This document shows positions 38,753 through 47,089 of a stretch of DNA of 64,000 bases, piece by piece (position 1 is the stretch's first letter; every line of letters begins with the position of its first letter). The position numbers and the translations under genes are program-made. The notes under the pieces were generated by a model that saw only the letters and a program-made list of their open reading frames with translations, was not told the origin of the DNA and ran no database searches. The stretch is from Dehalococcoidia bacterium (GTDB lineage Bacteria > Chloroflexota > Dehalococcoidia > Lucifugimonadales > UBA1123). The stretch is from NCBI GenBank assembly GCA_021295915.1, contig JAGWBK010000005.1, forward strand, positions 23,251-87,250, given 5' to 3'.

Positions 38753-39681
38753 AGCCATTCGTCAGAAGGTCTCATCTGCTGGTCGACCTCCTCAACCGTG
38801 AATCAGTCAACTCCTCCTGGACGCACAATGCGGACGCAATCATTCTGGCGATGCCGACAGGTGCACTGGAAAGGTCTTCACTTCGCGCAAACCTGCGACA
38901 GACCGTCAACTCGGCTGCACTGGGCGGCGCAGAGGTGTTTGTTCTGACGAATAGGGACCTCGCATTTGCAGACCTGGGGGCCGCTTCCGGTCCAGGTCTG
39001 AAGGGAATCGTGTATGCGGGCGCCGAGTCAGGAACTGAGCTTGAACGGCTTGACGAGTGGCTTGACGAGTTCGAAAAGAAGAGTGGTACCCCCGAGAACA
39101 CGCTCCACATAATCGTGTTGCTCACGTCAGGCGCGGGGGTGTGGAACATCCGCGAGATAGTTCGCGCGTCAGACAGGGTAAGCTCGGTAGGAATCGATGA
39201 GCTAGCCCTGTGTAAGAGCTTGGGAATCGTGCCGACCACTGACTTTGACCCATTCGAGTACGCAAAGGGTCGGGTCATAATTGAAGCGCGCGCCTCGAGA
39301 GTCCAGCCAATTGGCATGAGTCATCCGTACGGAGTGCTCCCTGAGTTTGGCGATGAAGGTGAGATCGCTCGCCTTGCCCTCAGGTCGAAGAACCTCGGAT
39401 TCGCCGGCGCTATCTGTCCTGACCCATCCTGGGTCGATCATTGCAACAGGGCATTCGCTCCGCCCGAAGACAGGTTGGAGTTCTACCGGGAGACGAGACG
39501 ACTATTCGCTGAAGGCGTGGCGCGTGGCACCGCTGCGATTCCCTATCCCGGCACCACAATGATGATCGACGTCCCTGTAGATGAGAACGCCCGCGTCAAC
39601 TTGGAGCTCTGGGAGCGCTGTGCGGCTCGCGAGGCCGAAAAGGCGACCGCCGTTGCAGAGTCGCTGGCTCGTCTGGCCTGA
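38749..39681 (+). CDS. CitE-like protein, paralog 3 (degenerate motifs; possible non-catalytic subunit)
   Basis: 310-aa ORF with an ATGA overlap with paralog 2. Length and block order resemble CitE (RRSHLLV ..., SDRVSSVGIDELA), but the DLED, LPK and ET motifs are replaced (LAMPTG, YAGAES, LLTS). Confidence 0.6.
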   Translation: MKPFVRRSHLLVDLLNRESVNSSWTHNADAIILAMPTGALERSSLRANLRQTVNSAALGGAEVFVLTNRDLAFADLGAASGPGLKGIVYAGAESGTELERLDEWLDEFEKKSGTPENTLHIIVLLTSGAGVWNIREIVRASDRVSSVGIDELALCKSLGIVPTTDFDPFEYAKGRVIIEARASRVQPIGMSHPYGVLPEFGDEGEIARLALRSKNLGFAGAICPDPSWVDHCNRAFAPPEDRLEFYRETRRLFAEGVARGTAAIPYPGTTMMIDVPVDENARVNLELWERCAAREAEKATAVAESLARLA

Positions 39682-39713
39682 CAGCGTAGGCCGCGCGCCT
39701 TCGACGCCAGAAT

Positions 39714-40508
39714 TCAGTCGCTCACCAGGTGCCGCAGCACCATGCCCGAGAATTCCCCCGGCTTCTCCACGTGTGGCAGGTGACCGCACCCGGGAACGAC
39801 TTCAAGAACCGATCCGGCAATTGCCTCGTGAATTCGATTACCTGCGCTAGGCGGGATGATCCTGTCCTCGGCTCCCCATACAACTGTTGTCGGTACGTCG
39901 ACCCTCTGTAGGAGCCATTCAAGGCTACGGTCATACATATAGGGCTTCCAGCACAGTCTCGTCGTCATCTCCCGACCGCGAATCTTAAGCTCCCGCTCTT
40001 CAGTGCTCAGCTCGCGTTCGAATAGATCCGAGTACTCAGGCACACTTGGTGCATCGTGGAACGAGAGCCGAGTCGTCTCGTCCTCTCCCAACAGGAAGAC
40101 GTCGGCGATCTCGCCAGTGTCCGGCCTGACACCCGCGGCATCCACCAGGACCAGGCCGCCCAGGCTGCCCGGACTCATGGTCGCCATCTCAGCAGCAATC
40201 CATCCGCCAAGGAAGTGCCCGACGAGTGTCACGGCGTCGAGCTTCAGCTCCTGGATCATCCACAGGTAGAAGCGCGCCATGTCCGAGACCGACTCGAGGA
40301 ACTTGGGCCGCTCCGAACGCCCGAAGCCCGTATGCGTCGGCGCGTACACTGTTGCGGACTTCGAGACTTCTTCCATCCACGGGAGCCAGCCCAGGTTGCC
40401 ATCGATGCTGTGCAGAAAGAGCAGGGGAGGACCGTCACCACCTTTCAGGAGATGGATCTTAGCTCCGCCGACTTCAATGAACTCCTCGACAAAGGATGTC
40501 GTGGTCAT
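39714..40508 (-). CDS. Alpha/beta-fold hydrolase
   Basis: HSIDG oxyanion region, nucleophile elbow GHFLGG and a C-terminal GCGHLPHVE. I chose the ATG at 40508 (MTTTSFVEEF), which forms an ATGA overlap with the upstream LLM stop. The longer ORF to 40640 would overlap that gene by 130 nt. Confidence 0.85.
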   Translation of the reverse strand: MTTTSFVEEFIEVGGAKIHLLKGGDGPPLLFLHSIDGNLGWLPWMEEVSKSATVYAPTHTGFGRSERPKFLESVSDMARFYLWMIQELKLDAVTLVGHFLGGWIAAEMATMSPGSLGGLVLVDAAGVRPDTGEIADVFLLGEDETTRLSFHDAPSVPEYSDLFERELSTEERELKIRGREMTTRLCWKPYMYDRSLEWLLQRVDVPTTVVWGAEDRIIPPSAGNRIHEAIAGSVLEVVPGCGHLPHVEKPGEFSGMVLRHLVSD

Positions 40509-41707
40509 GGCGCCACCTCGAACGGCCCCGGAAGCTCCAGCTCTTCGCCGATCTCTCTCAGCGCTGGCAGCACGTCCGAGTCCATCAGTTCCAGGCACCT
40601 CATGGAGTCTTCGTGGCTGATACTGCCATCGTTGGTCCACACGGCGAGGATTCCCGGCCGGATGACCGACAGCACCTCTCGAAGCTTTCTGATTACTGTG
40701 TCGGGGTTGCCTACTACTATCCGGTTCATTCCGACAACCCTGTCGTAGCCTGCGGCGTCGACACCCCCCACCAGCCGGTCGGGACGGAGGTTGATCTGCG
40801 AACTGCGCCGCCTACCCTCGATAGATGTATAGCCAGGAGGGTTCATGTATTCCGGCGGCATGGGGACGCGCCCGACACCGGCATTGCCAGACAGGAACCC
40901 TTTGCCCACCTCGTAGGCCTTCTCGTCTGTGTCCTGCACGTGTACTCGGAACAGATATCCGAAGTTCTGCGGACCTGGTTCGTACCCAACCTCGTTCGCA
41001 GCCTCGGCGTAGATAGCCTTTGCGTCGCCAACGACCTCTGGGTCCGCCTCCAGGAATACGTAAGGGTAGTGGTGCTGCGCCGCCCAGATCATCGTCTCAG
41101 GACTCGCGCTGCCGGGCACCCACACCGGAGGGTGCGGGTCCTGGAGAGGCCGTACGAACGGGTTAACCACCCTGTACTCGAAGTGACGTCCCTCCCACCT
41201 GAACGGGCCGGGAGTTGTCCAAGTCTTGATTATCAGATCGTGCGCCTCCTGGAAACGCTCGCGGTTGTGGACAGGGTTCGTGTTCGTGGCCCACGACTCG
41301 ACTCCGGTGCCGCGCACGAATCCTGATACGAGTCTGCCCCGTGAGATCAGGTCTATCTCCGCTAGCTCCTCGGCCATCCTGACTGGATTGTCCGAGATAG
41401 GCAGCGGGTTTCCGAGAAGCACGATCTTCGCGTTCTTCGTCGCGCGTGCAAGGATCGCCGCCTCCAGGTTCATCGCCGCTCCCATGCACGTCGGCGTGTT
41501 GTGATGCTCGTTGAGCATCAGCCCGTCGAACCCCATCTCCTCGCAGTACTCGTACTCATCGAGGTAATAGTTGTACATGTCCGCTGCGGTCTCTGGATCG
41601 AAGTGGGAGTTTGGGAACGTAAGCCTCACCGCGCTGCGGTAGCTGTTCCTCACGTCCTCCTCGGTGTAGTGGAAGTAGGCTCGCTCTGTGAAGCGCATCA
41701 GAAACAT
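40505..41707 (-). CDS. LLM-class flavin-dependent oxidoreductase
   Basis: Luciferase-like pattern (EEMGFDGLMLNEHH ...). I chose the ATG at 41707 (MFLMRF), which is preceded by GGGGG. The ORF track starts at a GTG at 41746. Confidence 0.85.
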   Translation of the reverse strand: MFLMRFTERAYFHYTEEDVRNSYRSAVRLTFPNSHFDPETAADMYNYYLDEYEYCEEMGFDGLMLNEHHNTPTCMGAAMNLEAAILARATKNAKIVLLGNPLPISDNPVRMAEELAEIDLISRGRLVSGFVRGTGVESWATNTNPVHNRERFQEAHDLIIKTWTTPGPFRWEGRHFEYRVVNPFVRPLQDPHPPVWVPGSASPETMIWAAQHHYPYVFLEADPEVVGDAKAIYAEAANEVGYEPGPQNFGYLFRVHVQDTDEKAYEVGKGFLSGNAGVGRVPMPPEYMNPPGYTSIEGRRRSSQINLRPDRLVGGVDAAGYDRVVGMNRIVVGNPDTVIRKLREVLSVIRPGILAVWTNDGSISHEDSMRCLELMDSDVLPALREIGEELELPGPFEVAP

Positions 41708-41829
41708 GGTCTGCACCCCCGTGTGTCCGGCTGATACTATTCGCACGTCCGTCTACGGTCAAGCTGACGTTGACGATGTCCCTCCCCACAAATAAGCTGG
41801 GGCGAACCACCCGCAGAAAGGACTTACCC

Positions 41830-42726
41830 ATGCCTATCGAACAGAACTCATCGGAACTCTCTCAGGTTCTCGACACCGACCAGCAGATTGAGTGGCACGG
41901 AAGCGGCTACGGAGGCGTCGGCGGCCCCGCCGAAGGTCCGCTCTGGTGGCATGAAGGTGGCTACCTGCTCTTCAGCGATATTCACAACAACCGTAGGATG
42001 AAGCTGATTCCCGGCGAAGGGGTGTCTGTCTACCAGCAGCCCACCAACCACGCCAACGGACTGACCCGCGACCTCAGGGGCAGGCTCGTAGCCTGTGAGC
42101 ACAGCTCCCGCCGGGTGACGCGACAGGACTCCGATGGGGAAGTAACCGTCATTGCCTGGAGCTACCGAGGCCGAAGGCTGAACCGCCCCAACGACGCGGT
42201 GGTGAAGTCTGACGGAAGCATCTACTTCACCGATCCCGGCGCGCCCGGTCCCGGTCTCGACCTCGACTTCGCAGGGGTCTACATGGTCCCTCCAGACCTC
42301 GGTGACATAACCATGATCGTGGGTGATTTCCTGACTCCCAACGGCCTCGCATTCTCCCCGGACGAGAGCATCCTGTACGTGAATGACACACGCAGGCAGC
42401 ACATCCGTGCATTCGATGTTCAACCCAACAACACGATCGCGTTGGCCTCCGATCGGGTCCTGTGCGACCTCAGCGGGGATCGGCCTGGCGTGCCCGACGG
42501 CATGAAGGTCGACGTCGAAGGCAATATGTACTGCGGAGGGGCAGGCGGAGTCTGGGTGATCGACTCTGATGGCAACCACCTAGGCACGGTCGCTCACGGC
42601 GAGGGCGCGACTACCAACGTCGCCTTCGGCGGCGATGACTGGAAGACGCTCTACTTCACTACTTGGAACATGGTCGGAAGTGTCCGTGTGAACATACCCG
42701 GCATCCCGGTGCCGACGGACCGCTAG
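41830..42726 (+). CDS. SMP-30/gluconolactonase/LRE-family beta-propeller protein
   Basis: The motifs GPLWWHEGGYLLFSDI, NGLTRD, PNDAVVKSDGSIYFTDP, PNGLAFSPDE, PDGMKVDVEGN and TNVAFGG are typical of the family. I chose the ATG at 41830, preceded by GAAAGGA. Confidence 0.85.
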   Translation: MPIEQNSSELSQVLDTDQQIEWHGSGYGGVGGPAEGPLWWHEGGYLLFSDIHNNRRMKLIPGEGVSVYQQPTNHANGLTRDLRGRLVACEHSSRRVTRQDSDGEVTVIAWSYRGRRLNRPNDAVVKSDGSIYFTDPGAPGPGLDLDFAGVYMVPPDLGDITMIVGDFLTPNGLAFSPDESILYVNDTRRQHIRAFDVQPNNTIALASDRVLCDLSGDRPGVPDGMKVDVEGNMYCGGAGGVWVIDSDGNHLGTVAHGEGATTNVAFGGDDWKTLYFTTWNMVGSVRVNIPGIPVPTDR

Positions 42727-42791
42727 CGGGATACGAACCCAGTGACTCTCTGCCCAGGTAGTCGAGTCGCTGGTGGGTGCACCGATGGGCG

Positions 42792-44183
42792 CTAAGTTGA
42801 CGTTCGAGTCGTCGCAGGCTCGGTTGGCACTGTACCCAGGGGAGCTTGCGGTCTTCTTACGAATATCATCAACACGCCGCCCGCGAACGTTAGCCCAGCA
42901 AATATTGTGAAAGGCACGATGTACGTACCGGTAGTGTCGAACATGTAGCCCGCAAACAGAGGTGCAAAGATCATCGCGATGTTCATTGGGAACTGCGAGA
43001 TCCCCATTATCGTGGCGAATGCTTTTCTCCCAAAGTATTCGCCACGGATCGCAGTCGTCAGCGGACTCCTACCTCCAAAGCCAATCCCATATAGCACCGC
43101 AAATACGTATGCCATCACTACGCCATCGAACAGGGCGATGATCAAAATGCCCGCTCCCTGCACGAACATGAAGAAGGCAATCATCAGGGTCTTGGGGAGT
43201 CTGTCGGCGTAGTATCCGGATATGAACTGCGCTGGCAGAGCAATGATGGTGTAGGTCGTGTGGACCGAAGCTGCCGCGGTGAGGGACATCCCTGTGTCCG
43301 TCAGCTTTGGCACGAGATGCAGCGCCAATGAAACGATAGCCACGCTGGACGCAACCTGGGCGATTGTCAGCATCCAGAAAGCTGGCGTCTTCAGCGCCTG
43401 TTTGACGGTGAATTCGGGTTCAACGTCCACTATTGGTTCTGATGTGGCGCCCTCAGTGCTTGCTACCTGAGCATGCTGAGTGTCCCCGTCTGGATGGAGC
43501 CCCATATCCTCGGGGTGGTTCCGAATGGCCTTCGTTGCCGGCCCCACGATGGCCAGCAGGACGATGCCTATTCCAAGCGCAGTGCTTTCGAATCCGTATG
43601 TGTCGATTGCCAGCGCGAATGGTGTAACTAGCAACCCGCCGAGGTGTATGCCAGACATCGCGGTCGCCATTGCGAACGACCGACGCCTGCTGAACCAGTT
43701 GTTCACAAGCGCGATGAGCGCCAGCCAGCCCCCCAGTCCCGACCCTAGCGTAATGAAAATGTACGCCATGTAAAACTGGATGAGACTCTCGTCGAGGGAG
43801 TCGAATGGCGTGAATTTAGCTATTAGCCGAAGGTTCCCCAGTGTCTCAATCTGGGACAGCCATATGAATCCCACCCCCATGATCGTGTAACCGATCATTA
43901 CCATGCGCCTGGTGCCAATGCGGTCGATCAGCACGCCCTCTAACGGCCCTAGTACCGCCCCTTCGACCCGTGCGAGTGAGAATGCGCCGGAGAGTGCCGT
44001 GCGGCTCCATTGGAACTGGCGCTCCAGTGCTACCAGCATCGTGCCGAGTCCCTGGAAGACTGTAAGGGACATCAGCGTCAGCATGATGGAGGAGATGCCG
44101 ACCAGCCACCAGCCGTAGAAGACACCACGCACGCCTGCTACGGCCTCTCTGGCCGACGCGGGTCTGAATACGCCTTTACGCAA
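42792..44183 (-). CDS. MFS transporter
   Basis: 463-aa ORF with about 12 hydrophobic segments, a central hydrophilic loop and an MFS motif-A-like GVLIDRIGTRR. Confidence 0.85.
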   Translation of the reverse strand: MRKGVFRPASAREAVAGVRGVFYGWWLVGISSIMLTLMSLTVFQGLGTMLVALERQFQWSRTALSGAFSLARVEGAVLGPLEGVLIDRIGTRRMVMIGYTIMGVGFIWLSQIETLGNLRLIAKFTPFDSLDESLIQFYMAYIFITLGSGLGGWLALIALVNNWFSRRRSFAMATAMSGIHLGGLLVTPFALAIDTYGFESTALGIGIVLLAIVGPATKAIRNHPEDMGLHPDGDTQHAQVASTEGATSEPIVDVEPEFTVKQALKTPAFWMLTIAQVASSVAIVSLALHLVPKLTDTGMSLTAAASVHTTYTIIALPAQFISGYYADRLPKTLMIAFFMFVQGAGILIIALFDGVVMAYVFAVLYGIGFGGRSPLTTAIRGEYFGRKAFATIMGISQFPMNIAMIFAPLFAGYMFDTTGTYIVPFTIFAGLTFAGGVLMIFVRRPQAPLGTVPTEPATTRTST

Positions 44184-44410
44184 CGAGGAGTAAGTCCAGT
44201 TAAGGGATTCGGGGCCGAAATTCCCCGTCCGAGATTAACACATCGGTGTGTCCCGTGACAGAGTCAATGGTTAATGGACTCATGGGCCTACAGGCATCTG
44301 CTCCTGATTCAGATTATGGGAGCAGACCAAACGCAGTATTATGTTCCCACTGAATCTGAGATGAGTCTGTGCCAGTGAAGGCACAACTCAACGCCTTCAA
44401 GGAGTCGAAC

Positions 44411-44944
44411 ATGCCGCTGGGAGACATTCTGATTTCGGAAGCCGAAATTGCCAGCGAAATTCCACGGCTGGCTGGCAGGATCTCAGAGGACTACCGCGAC
44501 GCCGATCCACTGTTCGTTGGCGTGATGGATGGCGCCATGTGTTTTCTTGTGGACCTGATCCGGGCGTTCCCGCATTCCGTAGACGTTGCCACCGCTCGGG
44601 TCCAAAGCTACAGCGGGACTGAACCGGGCAAGATCACAGTGGAGTGGCTGCCGACTCAGCAGTCTCTTGAGGGTCGGCATGTTCTCCTGGTGGAGGACAT
44701 AGTGGACACGGGAGCGACCCTGACTGCGCTTTCCCGGCACGTGATCGACCTAGGAGCCAGGTCTGTCAATGTGTGTTCTCTGTTGGACAAACCATCGAAG
44801 AGGACACACATCTTGGAAGTAGCGTACGTAGGCTTCGAGATTCCCGACGTCTTCGTAGTCGGCTGCGGCCTGGACTACAACGGTGCGTACAGGAACCTGA
44901 GAGACGTGCGTGCGCTGGAAATTGGCCAGTTAAAAGAGTCATGA
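44411..44944 (+). CDS. hpt: Hypoxanthine(-guanine) phosphoribosyltransferase
   Basis: PRPP-binding motif VLLVEDIVDTGATLT and C-terminal VVGCGLDYNGAYRNL. The ATG at 44411 is preceded by AAGGAG at the proper spacing. Confidence 0.92.
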   Translation: MPLGDILISEAEIASEIPRLAGRISEDYRDADPLFVGVMDGAMCFLVDLIRAFPHSVDVATARVQSYSGTEPGKITVEWLPTQQSLEGRHVLLVEDIVDTGATLTALSRHVIDLGARSVNVCSLLDKPSKRTHILEVAYVGFEIPDVFVVGCGLDYNGAYRNLRDVRALEIGQLKES

Positions 44945-45334
44945 CCTGAGCGCGTGCAACTGGCGTGGTGAGAAGGGGAACGAAGGGAAATGCAAACGCC
45001 CCAAGTGACCTCACCCTCGAGACCAGCGTCCGCGCCTGCGATGCGCCACCGACGCTACTAGCCTCTAGGATCCAATTCCCGTGAACCTGCGACGCACCGC
45101 CTGTTCGTTCGGGATTTGGACCTTCCGACCCTGCCAGCGCAACCTGCGGCGTCCCGCCTGCTGTAACCGCTTTGCTGAGTCGTAAGCCTCAACCACTTGG
45201 GGCATAATGAAGATTATACTCATATTGGCCATTTGTCAATACTTTTTCTGAGAATTTTCTGAAATTACTCGAAATTGAGTATCCTGGCAGCCTGTTCAGC
45301 AGTCCCAGTTCAGATCTGGTTCCTGTAAGTCAGG

Positions 45335-45363
45335 TTGACCAGGCACCGGGTGCAAAATACAAT
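45335..45363 (+). promoter_or_regulatory. Sigma-70-like promoter upstream of the NHL-repeat gene
   Basis: TTGACC (45335-45340), a 17-nt spacer, then TACAAT (45358-45363), 43 nt upstream of the ATG. Confidence 0.45.
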
Positions 45364-45405
45364 CGCCCTGCTTCCAAGGCTATTCCACAAGAGAGGTGAA
45401 ACGAG

Positions 45406-46272
45406 ATGGCAGTCGTAGGATCTGGAGACTTTCAATACGAGCGCGTTCCAGAGTGGCCGAACATGCCGAAGTACTGGGAATTTGGAGCAGCGTCAGACGG
45501 CGCAGTCAACTCCAGGGACGAGGTCTACATCTTCAGCCGTGGACTCCATCCACTGACGATCTGGGACACCGACGGCAACTTCATTAGCTCCTGGGGTGAG
45601 GGAACTTTCTCTGCCAACCCGCACGGTATATACATTGCGCCGAATGACAATGTCTGGCTTGTCGACCGCGACTACCACATCGCCACCGAGTACACACCGG
45701 GCGGTGAGGCACTCAGGACTCTGGGGGAGAAGCTCGCGCCGTCTCCGTCATTCCAGGGCATGCCATTCAATATGCCGTCAGGACTGGCCATCGCACCGGA
45801 CGGCCACATGTTTGTCTCCGATGGATACGGAGGGCACCGCGTCCACAAGTTCACCGCCGATGGAGAACTGGTCAAGTCGTGGGGCAAGCAGGGTACCGGG
45901 CCCGGCGAGTTTGCGCTCCTGCACAACGTCTGGGTGGACAAGAACAGTAGGGTCTTCATCGCCGACCGCGAGAACAACCGCATACAGACCTTCGATGACG
46001 AAGGAAACTTCCTCGAAGAGTGGACCGATATGGTCGCTCCCGGGGATCTCTGGATTCACGACGACATCATCTACGTCATCGAGCAGGGCGGCGGCAATGG
46101 CGTCAGCATCTGGACCATGGACGGCGAGCTGATAACCCGCTGGCGAGGCAACGAAGGCGCCGGATTGGGAACGCTCATCGGCGGTCACGGCATCTGCGTC
46201 GACTCCCAGGGCAGCATCTACGTCACTGAGATCGGCCAGGGCGAGCGAGTCTCCAAGTTCGTCCGGGTGTAA
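45406..46272 (+). CDS. NHL-repeat six-bladed beta-propeller protein (peptidyl-alpha-hydroxyglycine alpha-amidating lyase-like)
   Basis: 288-aa ORF with repeated blades (e.g. PSGLAIAPDGHMFVSD, RVFIADRENNRIQ, GSIYVTE) and an N-terminal YERVPEWP pattern seen in PAL-like bacterial proteins. Confidence 0.8.
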   Translation: MAVVGSGDFQYERVPEWPNMPKYWEFGAASDGAVNSRDEVYIFSRGLHPLTIWDTDGNFISSWGEGTFSANPHGIYIAPNDNVWLVDRDYHIATEYTPGGEALRTLGEKLAPSPSFQGMPFNMPSGLAIAPDGHMFVSDGYGGHRVHKFTADGELVKSWGKQGTGPGEFALLHNVWVDKNSRVFIADRENNRIQTFDDEGNFLEEWTDMVAPGDLWIHDDIIYVIEQGGGNGVSIWTMDGELITRWRGNEGAGLGTLIGGHGICVDSQGSIYVTEIGQGERVSKFVRV

Positions 46273-46273
46273 C

Positions 46274-47089
46274 CTAGGGCGCTCTCGCGAGCGATAAGCC
46301 TACGACTCTGTGTGCGCCTGCCATCTTCAGCGCGGCGGCGCACGCAGAGGCCGTTGATCCAGTGGTAACAAGGTCGTCAACCAGGAGTACCCTCGCGCCA
46401 TCAACATGAGACCGTGACCTGAAGCCGCCCTGCACGTTGGACCAGCGGTCCTCGCGTGATTCGGTTTCGAGTTGGGACGGCGCGTTCTTTACTCTCAACA
46501 ACGTGTCAGTACTGACGGACACATTCATTCTGCGGCCCAGTTCTGCGGCTATCAGAGACGCCTGAGAGTACCCTCGCTGCCTGACCCGCGACGGGTGACT
46601 TGGGACCGGCACGATGATGTCCGGGTCTGCCGTGCGTCGTGTCCCCCAAAAGGCGTACAGTAGCTCGGCCAACTCGGGAGCAATGCTCCGCATTCCACCG
46701 TACTTCAGCGACGTGATTGCCCTATATATCGGGCTGCTCGGCACATAAAGATACGGAGAGCGAATCGCGTCGATTGAGGGCGCATGTGCCTGGCACCACG
46801 AGCAGATCCCGGCCACGCCGGGGTTGGCGCACACTGTGCAGAATGGTCGCTCGAGCTTCGGCATCCTGTCCACGCAGGAGGGACACACGAACCGGCCTCT
46901 ACTGCCGCACCCCAGGCAGTCGATTGGAAACACGACATCCAACGCCGCCTTCCAGAGACGATCTACGACAGTGACCGACGTTGTCTTGTCGGATGATCGG
47001 TTGGGCCGCGAGGCCTCGGAATCAACCTCCTGGTGCAGTTCTATGCCACCAGCCAACGTTCCAGGTCTTCGCGATTCTTGTCCATCCAT
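46274..47089 (-). CDS. ComF-family phosphoribosyltransferase-like protein
   Basis: N-terminal zinc-finger (CLGCGSRGRFVCPSC ... CTVC) and PRTase motif VLLVDDLVTTGSTA. The 5' end is uncertain because the ORF as listed overlaps the pepN 3' end by 49 nt. Confidence 0.8.
   Translation of the reverse strand: MDGQESRRPGTLAGGIELHQEVDSEASRPNRSSDKTTSVTVVDRLWKAALDVVFPIDCLGCGSRGRFVCPSCVDRMPKLERPFCTVCANPGVAGICSWCQAHAPSIDAIRSPYLYVPSSPIYRAITSLKYGGMRSIAPELAELLYAFWGTRRTADPDIIVPVPSHPSRVRQRGYSQASLIAAELGRRMNVSVSTDTLLRVKNAPSQLETESREDRWSNVQGGFRSRSHVDGARVLLVDDLVTTGSTASACAAALKMAGAHRVVGLSLARAP

Noticed and set aside
44184-44410. Possible purine riboswitch in the 5' region of hpt.
   Set aside because: Hairpins are present (e.g. 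CTGCTCC...GGAGCAG around 44299-44327). However, the conserved purine-riboswitch junction and loop sequences are not recognisable by eye. This would need cmscan to exclude formally.
45031-45163. Possible degenerate CRISPR array (three repeats with spacing of about 55 nt).
   Set aside because: There are only three units, the repeats are about 60-70% identical instead of near-identical, the units are short, and there are no cas genes or leader in the window.
45285-45301. Sigma-54-like element TGGCAG-N-...-GCA upstream of the NHL gene.
   Set aside because: The GG-to-GC spacing is one nucleotide longer than the -24/-12 consensus, and no enhancer-binding protein is nearby. A good sigma-70 promoter lies 35 nt downstream.
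47041-47089. 49-nt overlap between the comF-like ORF start and the pepN 3' end, considered as possible unusual overlapping coding.
   Set aside because: This is most likely an over-extended comF start in the ORF track. The conserved ComF region begins near the zinc-finger, and an internal alternative start is plausible, although I could not pinpoint it.
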